A DNA stretch of 64,000 nucleotides from Lophium mytilinum (Eukaryota). Within the stretch, counting starts at the first letter, position 1; the number at the start of each line of letters is the position of its first letter. The DNA lies in NCBI GenBank assembly GCA_010093605.1, contig MU004183.1, forward strand, positions 1,860,001-1,924,000. The letters are read 5' to 3'. The position numbers and the translations under genes are program-made. Positions 58,994 through 64,000 of the stretch are shown here, piece after piece. Under the pieces are notes generated by a model that saw nothing but the letters and a program-made list of their open reading frames with translations, was not told the DNA's origin and ran no database searches.

Positions 58994-61431
58994 ATGGACG
59001 GATCGCACCACTCGCGCGCCCCGTCGCGAGCGCCTTCGCGAGGACCACCCCCTAATCGGGCGGTGTCGAGGTCGCGGGCGGCAGAGTCGAGGCCGCCGCG
59101 GAATGCGGAGGCGGGGTATAAGCGGTTGATTGTTGCGTGTGATGGTATGTTTCCCCTTTTCACCCTTTTCCTCCATTCGGTAGGTAGTCATCTATCAAAC
59201 CTCGTTTCTATTGGCGCGAGGTGGGGATGCTGTTACTCAGGATGAGGGATGATGAGTGATGCGGAAAAGCGGACAGGGTTGGAGATTGGGGGACTTGGGT
59301 TACGGTTTGGGTTACATGGGATTTTTTCTGGATAGGGCTGACGTGTTTTATTTTTGTGGTGAACAGGCACGTGGTTGAATGCGGATAATGGGCTTATCAA
59401 TGGCAAGCTGTCGATACCGAGTAACGTGACGCGGATTTCGAGGGCGATTCGGCCGGTGAGTATGGATGGGGTGCCGCAGATTGTGTATTATCATTTTGGG
59501 GTGGGTGCGAAGGGGGGCGTGGTGGATCGGGTTGTTGGAGGTGAGTTAGTGTTTCATTGGCTGCGTGGTTGTTTTGAGTTCTGCCTCATGATTCCGTCAG
59601 TTTCTGGTTCAATCCTGAATTTCTTTTTCGTGCCACGTATCTTGTAAGAGCAGATGGCTTGGATAGAAGCTAACCAGTGGGCGAGCAGGCGCTATAGGCG
59701 AAGGCGTGGGAGAGAATGTCAGGGAAGGGTACTCGTTCCTATGCAACAACTGGGCGCCTGGGGATGAGATCTTCTTGATAGGCTTCTCAAGAGGCGCCTT
59801 CACGGCAAGAAGTATTGGAGGGCTGGTGGGACAGATTGGATTACTGACCAAGAAGGCGCTGGGAAGTTTGGCAGAGGTCTTCACGGACGTCCAGCATAGA
59901 CGCGACCCCCATTATCGCCCGAAGTACCCAGATGTTCCTTTTCCGGACAAGCCGAGCGCGGACGATCCTTACTATGCAGAAGAATTAGGCCGAGTAAGTA
60001 GATTTTGGTCCCAAAACCTGCTTCAGGGTTGCTGATGTATGTCAGAGAGGTCTTTCGCGTCTGAATATTCCCATCAAAGCAATTGCGGTATGGGATACTG
60101 TGGGTCGGTAACTCTAGCCCCCCTTCCTCCTCCTCTAAACGTTCGCAGGGTCGCTCGGAATGCCCCGTATCCCCCTACTAACACGACTGCGCCTCCAAGA
60201 CCCAGAGTCCAAACACATGGCATTTTACGACACCAAGCTGTATAATTGTACAGAAAACGCTTTTCAAGCGCTCGCTTTAGACGAGCGCCGAGCGGCCTTC
60301 TCCCCTGCCGTCTGGGAGAAGCCAGAGGGCAATCGGACTACGCTACGCCAGGTCTGGTTTCCAGGCGTGCATAGCAACGTTGGTGGTGGGTATGATGATC
60401 AGCAGCTGGCGAACATCACGCTAGCGTGGATGATGGCGCAGCTGGAGCCTTTTCTGGATATGCGCATGCAGTACGTGCTGGAGCAGGATGAGGAGAATGA
60501 GGAGTATTACCGCAAGCACCGGGAACGGGAAAGGCCGTGGTCGTTTGGTATGTTTGATATTAGTCTCTTTTCTACCATCTTCCCTTCCATTTCTTACTCT
60601 GCCCCTTTACTACAATTATTGAAGGAAACATTCCATTCAAGCACTGCTCCTTCTTTAAACGCCAACGAGCATCTTCTAACGCTCCTAGGCGAGCTCTACA
60701 ACAGCATGTCCGGCATCTACGCTATAGGCGGCGGTACAACGCGCACGCCAGGCACCTACTACGCCGTCGACCCCGACACGGGCCGCGCGACCTCCCGCCC
60801 GCTCCACGACACGCACGAGTACGTCCACCCGTCCGCGCGGACACGCCTCCGTCTCGGCGGGCCCGGCGTCGACGACAAAGGCGTCTACGAGTGCCGCGCG
60901 CTGACAGACAACTGGCGCCTCGTCGTCGACTACAACAACTCCGCCGAAGTCGACGTCTTCTGGAAACTGAAGAACAGGGACCGGAAGGTCAGCACGAGGG
61001 TGCTGCCGGAAGCACCGCTGTGGAAACTGGAACGGGAGCTCGCGATGACGGATCCGAAGACTTACGATTACGTGATTAGGCCGCCGCCAACGGGGGCGAA
61101 GCGGAAGAGTGGGCGGAGGAGTAGTCGCGTCGGGAGTCCGGTTGTGGAGCATGGTGGGAGGAGGAGTCGGGTGGGGAGTCCTATGGTGGATCATGGGAAT
61201 GGGCGCAGGAGTCGTGGGCCGAGTCCGAGTGTGGAGTATGGTAATGGAGTCGTGCTTGAGGAGGCTAGTGCGTTGGGAGTTGTGCGGAAGAATAGGGAGG
61301 GTAGGAGGAGGAGAAGCTTGGAAAATGTAGGGCCGAGGGGGAGTAGGGCGAGAAGTGTGGAGGTGGATCCGGACTGGGGGAGGAGGGAGACGCCGAGGAG
61401 TAGTAAGAGGATGAGCCATGGTGGGCCTTGA
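58994..61431 (+). CDS. DUF2235 / Tle1-like alpha/beta hydrolase, multi-exon
   Basis: KRLIVACD|GTW, SNVTRISRAI, GFSRGAFTARS, WDTV, QALALDERR and QVWFPGVHSNVGGG. Confidence 0.9.
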
Positions 61432-62254
61432 GTGAGGAACTTGGGGAGACGAGTAGGAGATTAGAGATGGTAGGATTGTATTTTGGTGCATCGGTGTACG
61501 ATTCAGCGGCTTGTTGAGTATGTAGCATTTTGGTTTGGCAGTATACCCATTCAGAAAGGAGCTATGGTCTTTCGTTGTATAGCACCGACGACATCTCGAG
61601 GCCTCTGTCCTCCGAGACTTTGTAAATGTCTACCATAGCTTGTGTCATGTAATTCGAAAGCAGTGCGATAAGCGGAGTATAGATATGTTTCATCTTGGAC
61701 GTAAATAGTTTCTCAAAAGCTGTGTCACTCTTCCGAGGTATTAAAGCAGCCAGCAATCAGTACAGCTAGTGCTTGTGGTTGGAGGTTTTTCATGTCACGT
61801 GAGTCTATGTGACTAAGCAATAGGCCTGTGGTCCTTCAGCTTTCATCGTCGCCACCGCTGCCTGTTGTTGAAGTACTTCATCAAAACTAGAGTACTTCTC
61901 GAACCTAGAACATCATCTGCAGCTCAGAGCGTGCAGGGTCGGCTGATACAGCTCCCACTATTTCAGACATACGTTGCGGCTTTCTTCACCATCACAAAAT
62001 TGGTGTTTCGCAGACAAACATTTTTCGAGTAGCTTTGAAATAGCACCTTTCTCGAAGTGAATCGGACTGAAGCACGGCCTTTCGATCACTAGAAGTATTC
62101 TGGAAGCTTCTTCTGAAGACTCTCGACGTCCCAGTCGCCACCTTAGGTCAAAAAGTCTACAGACGACCGTTAGCGCGCCTTGTCCTGCGACTGCCATTTA
62201 TTAACTCAAGGGTGAGGAGAGTCAAATTCAAATACTTTCCACGGTCAAGCAGCC

Positions 62255-64000
62255 ATGTCGACTCCTTCCACAGTACTGGAGGAGCTCCAAGTCCATCTTC
62301 GCGGAGTGGAACAGGAACCGACAACTTCCCTCAACGTCCAGCTATTAGGGCAATGCGAGCTCTACGTATCCACCCTTGAGTACCTCAACGGAGGATGGCG
62401 GAAAACGCACCCACTCTTCTTTCAGCTTGGACAGCTTCTGCCGAGTCTGCAACAGGACCCATCTCCCTTGGTTCGATTCGCGCTCAAGCTCACCGCGCCA
62501 TACAGCTTCGATGAAGTCAAAGAGCTGGACTTTGCCATGGGACTGCACTTGAAAGCTGAGCCGTTTCATCTCCTTATTCTGACTTTGCTGGAAAAGGCAA
62601 CCGCCAGCGGAAATGATGCCGAGAACCTAGCCAGTCGATCAGATGTCGTTAAAGCCATTGTAAGGTTATGGCTTTGCACAGAAGACACCGGCACAGCAAC
62701 TAAGGCTTCGAATCTGCTCATCGCGCTCCTATCAGTTTCAAAGAACCTACCCGGGGGACTAAATGAGACTGGTGTTGGCGAGTACGGGAGAGGTGCGGTA
62801 TGGAAACGACTATTCGAAGATAAGGACATATATAGCTTGCTGTACCTCTTCTGCAGCCTCAAGCCCCTCCCGTCTGGCGATGAAGTCCCACTTAACAAGA
62901 GAGATACGACTGTCGCACAGGCTAGACTGATGGACTGGCTACCAAAGGCTGGAGCCCTGGATTGGGATACCATCATCAAGAGTCATCACCCGGAGATAGA
63001 GACCAAAGTCGGGCTCAAGAACGGGGAAGGTCTTCTGCATTTTGCGAGCATGAAAATGGTTGATTTTCTGGACGACATCTTGATGCACATTAGCTTGATC
63101 AACTTCTTCTCCGATCTCATCTCCACTATAAAGATTATCGCGGCGCCTACGTATGTACCTTATCTCTATGATTGATTATCTTTTTGACACCTTATAGATC
63201 CAAAGGGTCCAGTGTGGCCTTGGACTTTCTCAAGAAAGAGGGCTGGCATGCTCACATCATCAAGTATCAGCAAGACGACACTCCTTCAATGGAGCGAACA
63301 TTCCTGAAAGCGCCAGCAGCCAACTACATCTCCGCGTATGCGTCTACGTATCCGGACGACTTTGAACGAAGTCCAGAGGCGGCTGGAATCGTGGAGAAGC
63401 TCAATGAAACCATCAACAGATCCAAGCCAGAAGACTTCCATATCCTCGCATCAGTGCCACGAGCTAGCCTGGTGCCCCAGCGGGCTATGGGATATGCATG
63501 GGACGAATCTCCGATATTGTCCATTTCCATCCGCCAGACGAATGCAGACGCACTCAAGACGCTCGCAACCATATTCCATGGACCCATCGAGGTAAGTTTA
63601 CCCGAGCCTACTCTCTAAAGTCATATTAACACCTTTCAAAGCCCGATGTCGTCTTTCCACTATCGCAGATCTCGTTGAGTAGTCTGACTGTTCAAACCTC
63701 TTCCGCGCGACACGAATCCGAGCGAATCTACGCTCGCCTCCTCCTATCCCTCTACCTCACCAAGACACCGTCTTTCTTCACCGAGGTTATCCGTCACGCT
63801 GAAACAATCGCCATGAAAGAAAATGCTATCGCAGCCCTGATCCTGCTCCGTGCCATCATCACCGCAAAGTGGTCGCCTGCTTCTCAGCTCAACGACGTGT
63901 ACTTCGACGCTATTCTCACTCGCTTGCAGAACTTCCCGGACTCTGGCCTCGAACTGATCCTGGATCCAACGATTAGCGGTGGTGTGCTGCCGTTCTTGCT
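62255..64000 (+). CDS. Conserved helical-repeat protein, Hsm3-like (truncated by window end)
   Basis: Consecutive ORFs 62255-63175 and 63172-63618 with intron signals. VRLWLCT, VWKRLFEDKDIY and AQARLMDWLP. Family assignment is from recall. Confidence 0.6.

Overview
Intron-containing genomic DNA from a filamentous ascomycete (Pezizomycotina, probably a Dothideomycete). Both ends of the window carry ordinary genes: inositol monophosphatase, Vip1-like RRM protein, MFS and OPT transporters, Cox14-like protein, Nop8-like protein, TBC Rab-GAP, a divergent betaine-aldehyde dehydrogenase/choline oxidase pair, TBP, an FAD amine oxidase, Oms1-like, Gds1-like, DUF2235 and Hsm3-like genes. The middle (~24-41 kb) is an accessory region. 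It holds a 98-bp tandem repeat that recurs inverted at ~1.1-1.4 kb, an F-box-like gene split by a RIP-destroyed Mutator-like transposon lacking the usual 9-bp TSD, an intact 3-exon cellular reverse transcriptase (rvt) gene, a cyclase-like gene and a HET-domain gene. The main observation is three diverged copies of a ~120-165 nt element at the rvt locus: upstream, inside the enlarged intron 2, and downstream. They share a sequence core (TCTGAGGTG...TCAAAA...AGTTYTGA) and a closing-stem plus two-hairpin fold whose outer stems differ in sequence but still pair. This is a candidate rvt-associated structured RNA/ssDNA system. All calls were made by eye, without database searches.
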